A stretch of DNA of 64,000 nucleotides. It comes from Eledone cirrhosa. Taxonomy: Eukaryota. A program made the position numbers and the translations under genes. Below, in pieces: positions 15,640-28,270 of this stretch. The notes beneath the pieces were generated by a model that was not told the DNA's origin, made no database searches, and saw nothing but the letters and a program-made list of their open reading frames with translations. The stretch lies in contig OZ024742.1 in assembly GCA_964016885.1 (NCBI GenBank), forward strand, positions 249,116,001 through 249,180,000, written 5' to 3'. The first letter of the stretch is position 1. Every line of letters begins with the position of its first letter.

Positions 15640-16012
15640 CCAGGTTATGCTGCACTTCGGATTGAGGAGGACAAACTCGCCAAATACCCGTCGCTCTCCG
15701 ACAGGTTTGTGGTCGTGCCCCTAGCAGTAGAGACATATGGTGGCCTTGGCCCTAGAGCTACCTCCCTACTTACTACCATAGGCGCTGAGCAGGCTAGCCG
15801 CAGGTGTGAGCCTCGCGAGATAGAATGGCTCTTCCAGAGCATCTCCATTACCATTCTCCGGGGAAACGCCTTCCCCATTCTGTCCGGCGGGGCTGTGGGG
15901 TGGCCAGCACGTGGGACCCCATTTGCTCATAATACAGAGAGATGGAGAGGGTGAGAGACATGGAGGCAATGAAAGTGGGAGTTCAACTCTTCCAGGTTCG
16001 GACACATTTACC
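15640..16012 (+). mobile_element. 3' end of a CRE-like RLE non-LTR retrotransposon
   Basis: KLAKY...FVVVPLAVETYGGLGPRA...WLFQSISITILRGNAFPIL is a typical RLE C-terminus; related 3' UTR at 43505-43635. Confidence 0.75.
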
Positions 16013-16554
16013 AATTCTATGTTGTAATTCTAGTTGAATGCTAATTTTAAAGACGTCTGTGGATTTGTTGGGTCAACCTCCCGCCTTTTTTATACAACAC
16101 AGTAGGTTTAGAGAAACTTGATATTTAATTCGCTGGGCAGACACAAGACAGCAGAGCTAGCAACTAATAGCATCTGAGGTGCCACAAAAAGCATCCAATT
16201 TTCTCTGTGTAGTTTACTGGACAAGCTCACTGAGGATCCGTGTGACAATTCCACATTTTTGTACAACTGAGAATTGTAATATGTACTTATTTACAGTTTG
16301 GTTATATATCAATATTGGTTATATATCAATATTTTTTATATATTTGTTGTTTTTTATTAGTTTTATTGATTTATTAATTGGTTGATATTAGTTGTATTAA
16401 TTTTATTCATAACCCTAATTGCGACCACATTACAAAAAGCTGTATGCGTATACTTTGTTTCTGATATTTATTTCAGTTGTCATTGAGTAAGCTAGATAGC
16501 AGCATGTGGTTACACTGCCATAGATGCACAAAGCATCGTGATAATATGATTCCG

Positions 16555-16691
<137 letters not shown>

Positions 16692-16710
16692 ATAGTAATA
16701 ATAATATATT

Positions 16711-16872
16711 ATGTAGAAATAAATACAGTAAATTGTGTGTCTAAAATTACGACGGTTGAAATACTACATTGGTTTGATAGATTTAACCAGAACAGGCTAA
16801 ATCTATCAAAACAATGTGGTATTTCAACCCTCGTAATTTTAGACACACAATTTACTGTGTTTATTTCTATAT
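16711..16872. repeat. 78-bp-arm hairpin between TA-rich tracts
   Basis: 16711-16788 and 16795-16872 are near-complementary. Confidence 0.88.
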
Positions 16873-16994
16873 ATATAATAAAAGGCTCAGTATTTATACT
16901 TTGAGCTTGTTAATGACAGGGTATCAATATGAGTTAGTAACTCTGTATTTTATTTGTATATATATGTATATTTATATATATATATATGTATATT

Positions 16995-17046
<52 letters not shown>

Positions 17047-17093
17047 CATAATTATTATAAAATAACAGGAGGTTAGTGGTGAACCAACTAACC

Positions 17094-17170
<77 letters not shown>

Positions 17171-17210
17171 ATATATATATATATATATAGAGATATATAT
17201 ATATATATAT

Positions 17211-17290
17211 AACAAAGGAAATGTGGTAAGGAACCACATGGACCATAACGCACCAGAGTACTCAATACTTAGGGTAGTAGAGTGGGAAAT
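17211..17290. mobile_element. Family A mini-element fragment
   Basis: tgtggtaaggaaccacatggaccataacgcaccagagtactcaatacttagggtagtagagtgggaaat. Confidence 0.8.
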
Positions 17291-17302
17291 ATATATATAT
17301 AT

Positions 17303-17528
17303 ATTATTAGAAATGTTAGCTATCGCCGTATTTTGACTAAAGAAATTAACGAAATTATTTAGCCTGATAGTGGGGTTAAGAACCCTCGGAGAAATGGAAA
17401 AAGATGAGTATTGACGTCAATACTCATCTTTTTCCATTTCTCCGAGGGTTCTTAACCCCACTATCAGGCTAAATAATTTCTTTCATTTCTTTAGTCAAAA
17501 TACGGCGATAGCTAACATTTCTAATAAT
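17303..17528. repeat. 226-bp spacerless palindrome with ~39-bp tail, TA-flanked
   Basis: Centre ttgac|gtcaa at 17415/17416; 113-bp arms with 2 mismatches. Confidence 0.95.
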
Positions 17529-17564
17529 TTCAAATCCACTCGCTGTTTCGAAAATATTCTTACT

Positions 17565-17643
<79 letters not shown>

Positions 17644-17989
17644 AGGTTTCGGGTGTCTGTGTAGCAGCAATACCGACACAGGTGTGTGAGTAGTATTCAA
17701 TTGTGTGTCTGAATTGAGGTTTCTACAATACTTCAAAGAGTGGTACTGTTAGTTAGTATAAATATCAAAGTAATTCAAAACAAGAATCTCTACAAGATTA
17801 TATCTACAAAATATTTACCTTTACACTATAAGTGTCTATCAGTGCTGTGCCAAATATATTTATGGTATTCCCTACGTTGTTCACATTGGCTTATCTGTTA
17901 CCAATTACAGATATTTAACAGGTGTTCTACCATAATAAGTCTTCGCGAATTCCAGATTATATCTTTCTATCTATCCATCGATCTATCTT

Positions 17990-18059
<70 letters not shown>

Positions 18060-18096
18060 ATTAAATAAATGGAAACTATATTTATAAAACCATATT

Positions 18097-18162
18097 TATT
18101 TCATTATATATATTTCGGGGATATCATATTAACAATATGCTATGCCTTCCTCAGACAAAATA
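18097..18162 (-). ncRNA. Hammerhead ribozyme motif (minus polarity)
   Basis: Reverse complement of 18197-18262. Confidence 0.65.
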
Positions 18163-18196
18163 CAATATAAACAGTTTTATAGACCTGTTTATATTG

Positions 18197-18262
18197 TATT
18201 TTGTCTGAGGAAGGCATAGCATATTGTTAATATGATATCCCCGAAATATATATAATGAAATA
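18197..18262 (+). ncRNA. Hammerhead ribozyme motif (plus polarity)
   Basis: tattttgt-CTGAGGA-[imperfect stem II with catatt/aatatg]-GAAA-tatata-TA-atgaaata; 8-bp stem I with two G.U pairs. Confidence 0.65.
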
Positions 18263-18392
18263 AATATGGTTTTATAAATATAGTTTCCATTTATTTAATA
18301 TTGTAAATATACTCCAAATATTTGTCGAGTGCTTTTATATCAGTTATAAATATTTACTAGTTGTAACCCAACAATTTTAAATATAACTTTCC

Positions 18393-18427
<35 letters not shown>

Positions 18428-18429
18428 TA

Positions 18430-18597
18430 TTAAAATAACAGATTAAAGTTTAAGCAAAGAATCGCTGCTTTCGGGAATCGCCCTTAACGGGATCTTAACA
18501 AACCAGGATTTTTTCATTCTGAGGATTGAAAGCAAAACCTTTTGCTTTTAAGAAACCACTGGTAAATGGAATAATTGCCTTATGTTGTTTATTACAT

Positions 18598-18676
<79 letters not shown>

Positions 18677-18925
18677 CATATATATATATATATATAGTAA
18701 TAATAATAATAATAATAAATTTCAAGACTAAAATCCAAAGAGGGCTCGATAAGGATAAGTATATATCAAATATATAAGAACCGTAGAGCAAATATTTATT
18801 TAAATAACAGATTAAAGTTTAAGCAAAGAATCGCTGCTTTCACCCTTAACGGGATAGAAGAACCCGTTGAGGGCGATTCCCGAAAGCAGCGATTCTTTGC
18901 TTAAACTTTTATCTGTTATTTTAAT
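18430..18925. mobile_element. TA-associated repeat family B with fold-back
   Basis: aaataacagattaaagtttaagcaaagaatcgctgctttc at 18433, 18802 and 23463; inverted copy at 18862-18923. Confidence 0.75.
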
Positions 18926-19000
18926 AAATATATATATATAAATATATATATATATAAATATATATATATAAATATATATATATATAAATATATATATATA

Positions 19001-19046
<46 letters not shown>

Positions 19047-19050
19047 TATA

Positions 19051-19187
19051 TATAGGAAAATAGTAAGGACTCTAACGGCCAGAGATCAGCCGTCGGCGTC
19101 CTGACTCTTTTCCTAATACCCACTCTACTAACCCTAAGTATGGAGTACTCTGGTGAGTAATGGTCCACCTGGAATCTTACCACACTT
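19051..19187. mobile_element. Family A mini-element, diverged, opposite orientation
   Basis: gccgtcggcgtcctgactctttttcctaatacccactctactaaccctaagtatggagtactctggtg...tggtccacctggaatcttaccaca. Confidence 0.7.
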
Positions 19188-19285
19188 TTATATATATATA
19201 TATATATATATATGGGATAACAAGTTATCGTTTGAGGTAATCCTTTTTGTACAACCGACCATGTTATTCTTCACTCTTTCACTAC

Positions 19286-19377
<92 letters not shown>

Positions 19378-19477
19378 TGTGTGTGTCTGTGTGTGTGTCT
19401 GTGTGTGTGTCTGTGTGTGTGTGTGTGAACATATATATACTATAATTTGGTATAATCCATATTTATATAAAATATGT

Positions 19478-20221
19478 TTTGATTATGTTACTCAACAGAG
19501 ACAGCTCAATGAACATTAAACTCAGAGCATATTTTTTTTTACAAATTTAATGGATATATCAAACAAACTTTTCATATATCAAGTAGAGAAACTAAAAACA
19601 ACAAATAATAAATCTACTCATTTAAATTATACGACCATTTCGTGGAAATCTAGAATTCGATGTTTATAATCCATTTTAATTAGAACCAATCGCCAATTAG
19701 CGATTTTTGTAATAAACATCATCAAGATTGCAGGAATATTTCCATTCAGATCGCATATAGAGATTATTTTGGCTGTTCTATTTAGCGCTGTTAATGACCA
19801 GCCCAGCAAAATATCTTCCCTTCTGTATGACGTTAATTTTGGCAGCAAGTGGTTTTATTTTAGCGCCTTGCTTGAATAGATTGCTAGTACAATGTGGGAT
19901 TTATATAGGAAAGTCCCGTTGCTCTCACTTGACGAATGGACATTTTTCTGCGGTCTTCATCTTGTCCATTACAAACATCGATAGATGATGATTGGTACCA
20001 CATATTAAAATTTCATGGATTTCCATGAAAGGACCGTATAAGAATTTTTTTAATTAAGTGAGTACATTTATTATTTGATGTTCTATATGTATGTACATAA
20101 TTCTAGTCTTTGCTTCTCAAACTGATATACGAGAAAGATTTTTTTGATATATCCTTTACATTTGTAAATCATATGCTCTGAGTTTAATGTACATTGAGTT
20201 TTCTATGTTGATTAACATAAG

Positions 20222-20225
<4 letters not shown>
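19478..20225. mobile_element. Old element with ~120-bp diverged terminal inverted repeats
   Basis: 19478-19600 versus 20105-20225; interior 19880-19960 resembles 20990-21070. Confidence 0.6.
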
Positions 20226-20287
<62 letters not shown>

Positions 20288-20350
20288 GGGGGATGGGGTT
20301 GGGGGGTTGGAGAAAGATAGAAGTAGTTCCACAACAGTTAGTTAACCATT

Positions 20351-20393
20351 ACCGAGAACAATTGTTTCACCTTATTCGGATCATCAGCTCGGT
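20351..20393 (-). ncRNA. Minimal type-I hammerhead ribozyme motif
   Basis: Minus: accgag-CTGATGA-tccgaataaggt-GAAA-caattg-TT-ctcggt; perfect 6-bp stem I, palindromic stem III, weak stem II. Confidence 0.8.
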
Positions 20394-20483
20394 CTACTAC
20401 TTCTTCCAAACTCGTCCCATGGACTGAGTGCTCTACTACTACGGATATAATCCACCAGTGTTCTACTTAAATATATATATATA

Positions 20484-20680
20484 TAACGAAGGAGGTGTGG
20501 TAAGGAACCAGATGGACCATACCGCACCAGATTACTCAATACGTAGGTTAGTAGAGCGGATAATAGGAACATGTATGACCCCGACGGCAGAGCTCAAGCC
20601 GTTTCGGCGGCTATTTCTGGAAATAGTCCAGAAATAGCCGTCGAGACGGCTTGAGCTCTGCTGTTGGGGTCATACATTTT

Positions 20681-20685
<5 letters not shown>
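20484..20685. mobile_element. TA-flanked fold-back mini-element, family A, copy 2
   Basis: Inverted arms 20563-20621 and 20627-20685; homologous to 11050-11243. Confidence 0.85.
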
Positions 20686-20747
<62 letters not shown>

Positions 20748-21224
20748 AGAGAGGGTGAGAGGGAGAGAGAGAGAGAGAGAGGAGGGAAGAGAAACTTGTG
20801 TGTGGATTAAACGAAATTATAGTGTATAACTGCACCAAAGTTTAAACTTGTGGAGCTGCTATAAGGGACTTGTTTTGGCTGCTACCTTTAGGGTCCTTTA
20901 TGATCAGTCCTGTAAAATATTTGCCTTTCTATATGGCGTTAATTGTTCGCATGAGCTGTTATTTTGGGTGTCTTGCTTGGACAGATTGATAATTAGTGTA
21001 CAATGTGAGATCTATATAGAAACGAAGCGATGTTCTCACCTGCGGGTGGAATATTTCCCGGGGTCTTTTGATGATATATATACATGTGTGTGAGTGTCTA
21101 TTTATATGTATGCGTGTCTGTGTGTGAGTGCGTTTGTGTATGTGTATATATATATAGATAAAGAGAGAAAGAGGGAGAGAGAGAAATGTAAAATCCTAAG
21201 CGCAGACCCACACCCTCTCTCTCC

Positions 21225-21308
<84 letters not shown>

Positions 21309-21659
21309 TTGTTTGTGTGTGTGTGTAAAATATATGTATATGTGTGTCAATCTATCTATGTGTGTTTCTGATCAAATATTTACGTCCATCTTTGCCTCCG
21401 TTCTTTATATACAGCATATCTGGTTGTGGTACGTGTGTATGTGTCTGCATGTGTGTGTATGCGTGTACGCATACTTCTCCATGTATTGTGATATATATTC
21501 CATTCTATGCGATTGTTTTTAGTTAGAAGAAAGCAGGCTACTAATGTTCGGTCACGCTTATTTAAGCACCCGGCTAATTGTAAAAGGTACTGTTTCTAAA
21601 TAGAGTTTGGCAGTTGGTTCTGTGATGGGGAAAGAACTCTGTCACTTCAATAATGCAAT

Positions 21660-22180
21660 AGTTGTTTCTACTTTTGGCTCAAGGCCAGCAATTACTCAGT
21701 ACATTACTGGTACTTTATTTTATCGACCCCGTAAGGATGAAAGGCAACGTGACGAACAAATATACTACTACTACTCCTACCACTACTACTACTACTACTG
21801 CTGCTACTACTACTACTGTTGCTGCTGCTGCTGCTGCTGCTACTACTACTAATAATAATTGTTTCTACTTTTGACACAAAGCCAGCAATTATCTCAGTGA
21901 ATTATTGGTACTTTATTTTATCGACCCCGTAAGGATGAAAGGCAAAGTTAACCTTGGCGGGATTTGAACTCAGACTGCAAAGGAACGTAACTCTATGCTG
22001 CAAATCATGGCATCCGACCCTCTACCAATACTGCCAATCCCCCTACTTTTGGCAGAAGACCAGCAATTATTCAGTGTATTACTGCTGCTTTATTTCATCG
22101 ACCCAGTAAGGATGGAAGACAAAGTAAACCTAGGTGGAATTTCAACTGAAAATGCAAAGGGCCATAACTCTATGTTCTGG
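21660..22180 (-). mobile_element. Cluster of three SINE copies
   Basis: 21660-21752 (partial), 21857-22041 and 22043-22180, with (TAC/TGC)n between the first two. Confidence 0.85.
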
Positions 22181-22726
22181 AATCGGCGGTGGTGGTGGTG
22201 GTGTCAGTGGTGCTGGACGTGCTCCTCGACATTGTCGCCATGGGGATGGCGGCTTTCACACCGCTAGACATTGCCAAAAGCGGAAAATCCACCTCTGCTA
22301 CACGGGACAAACTCTAGCAAATGATATTGCTGCTGCTTCTGGTGTTAGCGAAGTCGTCTGCCGTGTTGGCGATTGTAGCAAAGTTCACAATGGTGGTGGT
22401 GGGAGTGGTGTCTATGTATGTAACAAGGCAGCTGTTTCATTTAACACGTGAGAATGTCAAAACGATAAATGTATACTGTTGTTGAAACAATGAAAGAATA
22501 CCAATGAATTCCATCGATTTCATAGAAATAGAAGCCACCAAGGACAATCGATAGAAGTATCAGGAAACCTTATAATTATATTAAGCATTTAACTAACATA
22601 CCCCTATTGTATTCTATAGTCCTCATGCGTTCTTTTTCCATGTTCACTTTTCTTATAAAATAGTATTAGCAATAATATTAATATACAAACAACATACGTA
22701 CACACACACAAACACACGCACACACA

Positions 22727-22760
<34 letters not shown>

Positions 22761-22934
22761 TACACACACACACACATATATATGTATATATATATATTAA
22801 GGAGCCACCAAGTAAACGAAGCGTACGATAAAGTGTTATTTGTAGATATACAGAGTGAGTAACCGAGATTGTGCCAATGTTATATGAATTCATACTTCCT
22901 GAATGTATTTCTCTTTAAACTGAAAAAATGGTAA

Positions 22935-22983
22935 ACACCTTTAATCAATTTTCAAACAATGTTGGATCTTTATCAGAAGGTGT
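22935..22983 (-). ncRNA. Decayed hammerhead motif
   Basis: Minus: acacctt-CTGATAA-...-GAAA-attgat-TA-aaggtgt; 7-bp stem I, G8 lost; related copy at 23377-23425. Confidence 0.5.
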
Positions 22984-23108
22984 GTAAAACACTAATTCGC
23001 TCATGGTACTTTTCTGAAATGGACATATAATTAGCGCTCATGTTGGTAGATAAATAAGATATATAACAAGAAGTGCACCTAGCAGCCGAAGTTTACGATA
23101 AAGTCATA

Positions 23109-23285
<177 letters not shown>

Positions 23286-23423
23286 TACGTGGGTAACTAG
23301 GACTGCGCCAATGTGTGAATAAATATACACTTTTTTAATGCTTAGATATATAAACATGCCAGATATCCAAATGATAAACACTCTTAATCAATTTTCGGAC
23401 CTAGTTGGCTCTTCATTAAAAGT

Positions 23424-23465
<42 letters not shown>

Positions 23466-23578
23466 TAACAGATTAAAGTTTAAGCAAAAATCGCTGCTTT
23501 CACTCTTAACGGGATATATATATTATCCTTATCGAGTCCTCTTCGGATTTTAGTCTTCACATTTATTGTTATTATTAC

Positions 23579-23644
<66 letters not shown>

Positions 23645-23689
23645 TGTATAATGATATTGATATCGTTACTTCATTTTTCCAACGTGTAC

Positions 23690-25700
23690 GAGGGTAGATC
23701 TCTTTTTCAGGAAAAGAAGAATAACAACAAAGAAAAGAACAACAACACTCCATTATAAATTCGGATTTAATACATATAAAAACCCTCCTCATAATGTTAT
23801 GTTGGATAACTTTAAAAATGATTTGTTTAATATGATAAAAAATATCAAATTAAAAAAAGACTTCCAAATATTATCACTATTTGTTGGAATTACTTTACAC
23901 TAAAATTGACTATTTAAAAAAAAAACACATGCCCTTCAACTTCGGATATAGGAGGAATTAGTAAGAATATCTTGGATAGAGTAAATATTCCTGCTATCAA
24001 ACAGAACGCAGCACTAAAGAGGTTATTGAGTGGTTTGTTAATTTAGATAATAAGAATAAAGTGAAATTCTTACAGTTTGATATCAACAACTACTACGATT
24101 CTATTTCTTCTACCCTCCTTAATGAAGTACTTTGTATGGCTTTAGACATTAGTGATATATATTACTAAACAAGAAATAAATATTATTATAGCACCTTGAC
24201 GAAGAATTATAGAAATGAAAAGTAGCTTTTGAACTAGAAAAATCGTCAAAATAACTTCGATATAACGATGGGTTCGAGTGACTCGGCGCACGTAACTGGT
24301 CTCGTAGGTCTGATTTACATTAACATATTTAAAAAGCAGCCTCCCTAAAATGGGGAATGGTCTATACAAACATGATTCACTTTTCACTTTCGAAAATTTC
24401 AGCAGTTCTGCCTTTGGGAGAGTGAGAAATTATATGTATAAGATTTAAAAAAACATACAACCTGTCTATAACAATAGAAAACAATACAATTTGTTAACTT
24501 CTTAGATTTTACATGTATTATGTGCATACAATTCAAATCGCCCAAAATCTATTATTAGATCTATAGTTAATAGTATATCGGTCAGATTTCAAGACTTTCG
24601 GTCAATAAAATTATTTTCATACAAAATGCTATAAATTATAATGAAGCTCTTGTGGGATGAGGCTATAATGAAGACATATGCTTCATCCCTACAATTAAAT
24701 TAACTAATAATAAGATTTGTACGCACAAATGTATTTCTAAACCTAATGTGAATAAAAATAGGGAACTTAATACTACTACTAATAATAAAACTGTAAAAAG
24801 ATTACTAGAAATAATATTATTATTCGAAAAAATAATTTAAATAAGAATATTAATAATACTAATCCACTAGTAAATGTCTCAGCAATTAAAAATATAGTAA
24901 ATCAAGTAAGTAATAGAAATAAACACAGAAGGAAAAGTGCATATGGTTTAATCCTCCATACGGAGTTCAAATAGCATCCCATATACCTAAAATATAGTTT
25001 AGAATTAAACATTTTTTAAATTTCCCCCAGAAATATGATAGACAAAAATAATGTTAAATTATCTTTTTCCACGACGCCTAGTTTAGCAGAATATTTGGCT
25101 TCCAATATTAATGTTTTCTGATTTAGGCACAAAGGCAACGATTTAAAAGTCAACCCCAGTACGAAAAGCAGAAACTCTTTACCGTACCAGGATAATATTT
25201 TAAAAAATCCTCCTGATACTAAAACTCTGGTAACCAATTGTAACTGTAGAATCTCTGACTCATGCCCCCATAGAGGAGATTGCTTTAGAAGTAATATAGT
25301 GTATACATGTGAGGTTTTAACTTGTAATATATCCTTTAATTACTTAGGAGCCACAACTAGTAAATTAAAAAAAGATTTAAATACACCCTCCTTTAAGATG
25401 AAAAATTAAGTAATCCTACCTCTTTAGCTATATTTATTTTGTCTCTAAAAAGATAATATTCAGCACTCTATGAGATGGAGTATTATTAATTCAGCAAAAT
25501 CTTATGGAGAGAGCCGAACTAAGTGTAATATTTGTTTGACTGAGGCATTAGAAATAATAACTTCTAAGATTAGTCTTCTTGACTCTAGGAATGAAATAAT
25601 CACTTCTTATCCACACAGACACTTTCACTCTTTCTTTTATAAGAACCTATTTAATTTTACCTCTACTTTACATTTACATGCTAATTAAATTGTTCTTTTC
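23690..25700 (+). mobile_element. Decayed Penelope-like element (RT + GIY-YIG)
   Basis: KVKFLQFDINNYYDSIS (~24058), IWFNPPY (~24940), CNCRISDSCPHRGDC...IVYTCEV...YLGAT (~25240), WSIINSAKSY...KCNICLTE...SRNEII...HRH. Confidence 0.88.
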
Positions 25701-25856
25701 CTTTCCTCTTAGTGTACCAAATAGTCGTCTGATTGATATTGTTCACACTGCTTATAGATTAGACCTTCATATAATATTTATGTATTTTATATGTATGTAT
25801 GTAATTATGTATATGTGTATATGTATATATATATATATATACACAACCAGTACTTA

Positions 25857-26022
25857 CCGTATTTCTCGGTGTCGAAGACGCTACTTATTGCCTAAAATAA
25901 GTCTCAAAAATCTACCATGCGTCCTGGAGGCCACAGTTATATTATTCTTTTTTCAAATTTTTGATTGTCAAAATTTGGGTGCGTCCTCGAGGACGAAGCA
26001 TCTACGGCGCCGGGAAATACGG
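25857..26022. mobile_element. Tc1/mariner-pogo type MITE
   Basis: TIRs ccgtatttctcggtgtcgaagacgc and gcatctacggcgccgggaaatacgg; TA on the left flank. Confidence 0.75.
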
Positions 26023-26710
26023 TTATATATAGAATTGATTATACTGATGGATACACTATTACTAATTTATGCTTCCATGATTTTTATATTATTTTTTCTT
26101 AATATACTATATAGATAGTATTAAAAATGGTCCTATCTTTAATTAATAAATGTCATTAAATTGATGAGGTCTAATTTTATTCCTATAATGTTTATTCGAG
26201 TCAATATATATTAAGTTTAAGAGTCAAACCAACCTCTACATAATATTTGTATTACTAATGAATTTTAATTTGGGTGCTTTGTTTTCCATACATTTTCACG
26301 TTTTCCGGACTATGTAGGAGTTGTTTGCGTTTTTGAATCTTTTCGTGTTTGGAGATTTTCAGACGTACGGTTGGTAATAAACTATCTCTTTTGAATTATC
26401 TAACGATTCTGAAGTTTTAAATACAAAAGAATAAAATGCTACTTTCTTCTGTATATGAAAAACATGCGTGTATATCAATTGAATAATGTGTTAAACCTTT
26501 GTTATTTATTTATTCATTCTATATATGCTTTGTGATGTTATAAAACTAATATGACTGGAAATTTACAAATTGGATTAAACTCAGAACTGCCTTATGCCAA
26601 TCTTACTGTGGATAATAACATCTCATTCGAGCTTCTTTGAATATCTCTCTGTCTTATATGATTGTAATATCAACCCATCTTATTTATTTTATAAACACAC
26701 ACACGCGCGG

Positions 26711-26864
<154 letters not shown>

Positions 26865-27087
26865 ATGTGTGTGTGTGTGTGTGCGTGTATGTCTATTTAG
26901 AAGTAAGGTTGGTTTTTTAATATATCCCACACGGATAAAAATGTAGGAAAAAGAAGTTAAAAATGCAATTGGAGTTTTTAAGAAGGTTTATTTACAATAA
27001 CTTGTAACTTTACCTGTTGCACAAGTTTCATGATTTTCAAAATTTAAGTGATATGGAAAAAGATGTGGTATGCCGATTGTAACTCGC

Positions 27088-27167
<80 letters not shown>

Positions 27168-27271
27168 GAAATACGTCCCTTCACGCACAAGGCGCCAAGG
27201 TACGCATGTATTGTCCAACCAAGTGCCAATGTGGTTCAATGGCGGGTTAATAAATTAACGAGCCAGAACAA

Positions 27272-27637
27272 ATATAAACAAGGTTTAGTAAATAATGAAA
27301 AAGTTTCAAAATAAATTTTAAAAAATTGACTTTACCTACTATAGTTACCTTTACCGATCGGTTTCGAATCCCAAAAATAAAACGGAGACCATACGGCCTT
27401 CGTTGCAAAGAAAGATTCTCGTCAGAAGGTTCTTTTCATTCAAAGAATATAAAATTCCTGAATTTAAATCACAAACTAGCGCTATCAAAAACTGTTCCTG
27501 GGATGAGAGTGGATGATGTAGAACAGGTTTATCAAGGGCCGTAGCGGATTCGAAACCGATCGGTAAAGGTAACTATAGTAGGTAAAGTCAATTTTTTAAA
27601 ATTTATTTTGAAACTTTTTCATTATTTACTAAACCTT

Positions 27638-27645
<8 letters not shown>
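27272..27645. repeat. Fold-back with 100-bp arms and 174-bp spacer
   Basis: 27272-27371 and 27546-27645; island bounded by (TA)n. Confidence 0.95.
27347..27430 (-). ncRNA. Hammerhead ribozyme motif with extended loop 2
   Basis: Minus: acctt-CTGACGA-gaatc-[~43 nt]-gattc-GAAA-ccgatcgg-TA-aaggt; all three stems pair. Confidence 0.85.
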
Positions 27646-27687
<42 letters not shown>

Positions 27688-27728
27688 TTATGTATGTATG
27701 CATATACATCTCTCTCTCTCTTTCTCAC

Positions 27729-27763
<35 letters not shown>

Positions 27764-28226
27764 CACTATCTTACTGATTCCCCTTTTTCGATTGCTAATA
27801 AATGCTCAGATTATAGTCCCTGATTTATGGCATTCCTTGCACTTTCCTTCTCTACATGGCTTACAAAGTGGTAACTCATATTTGTCCACTCTTCTCTCAC
27901 TTATACATTTACCTTTTTGACGAAAATCTATTCATATGTCCTTCCTTCCACTGTTCCCATATGCATGACTTGTCTGTATTATCTCCTGTCCTGTTTTCTT
28001 TTATGTACGCGCTTTGCTGTGCTATTTGAAAGACACTGTATTTTCCTTGTCTTTATATTGTTGTGTAGTCTCGTTTGCATCTTTTCGGCGCTTTTTCAAA
28101 TCTCCACGCAACCTTGGCATAATATGTTGTCTTATTCACGAAATTGCATTGTACACATGGTAGTCCACGAGGAAGCGGAACACATTAAATCGTTCTTCTC
28201 CCGTGTTTCGTTTTTCCCTGTGCATG

Positions 28227-28270
<44 letters not shown>

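Larger units (their letters stand above)
18054..18305. repeat. Fold-back with 121-bp arms and 10-nt loop
   Basis: 18054-18174 and 18185-18305; tail to ~18392; TA-flanked. Confidence 0.95.
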
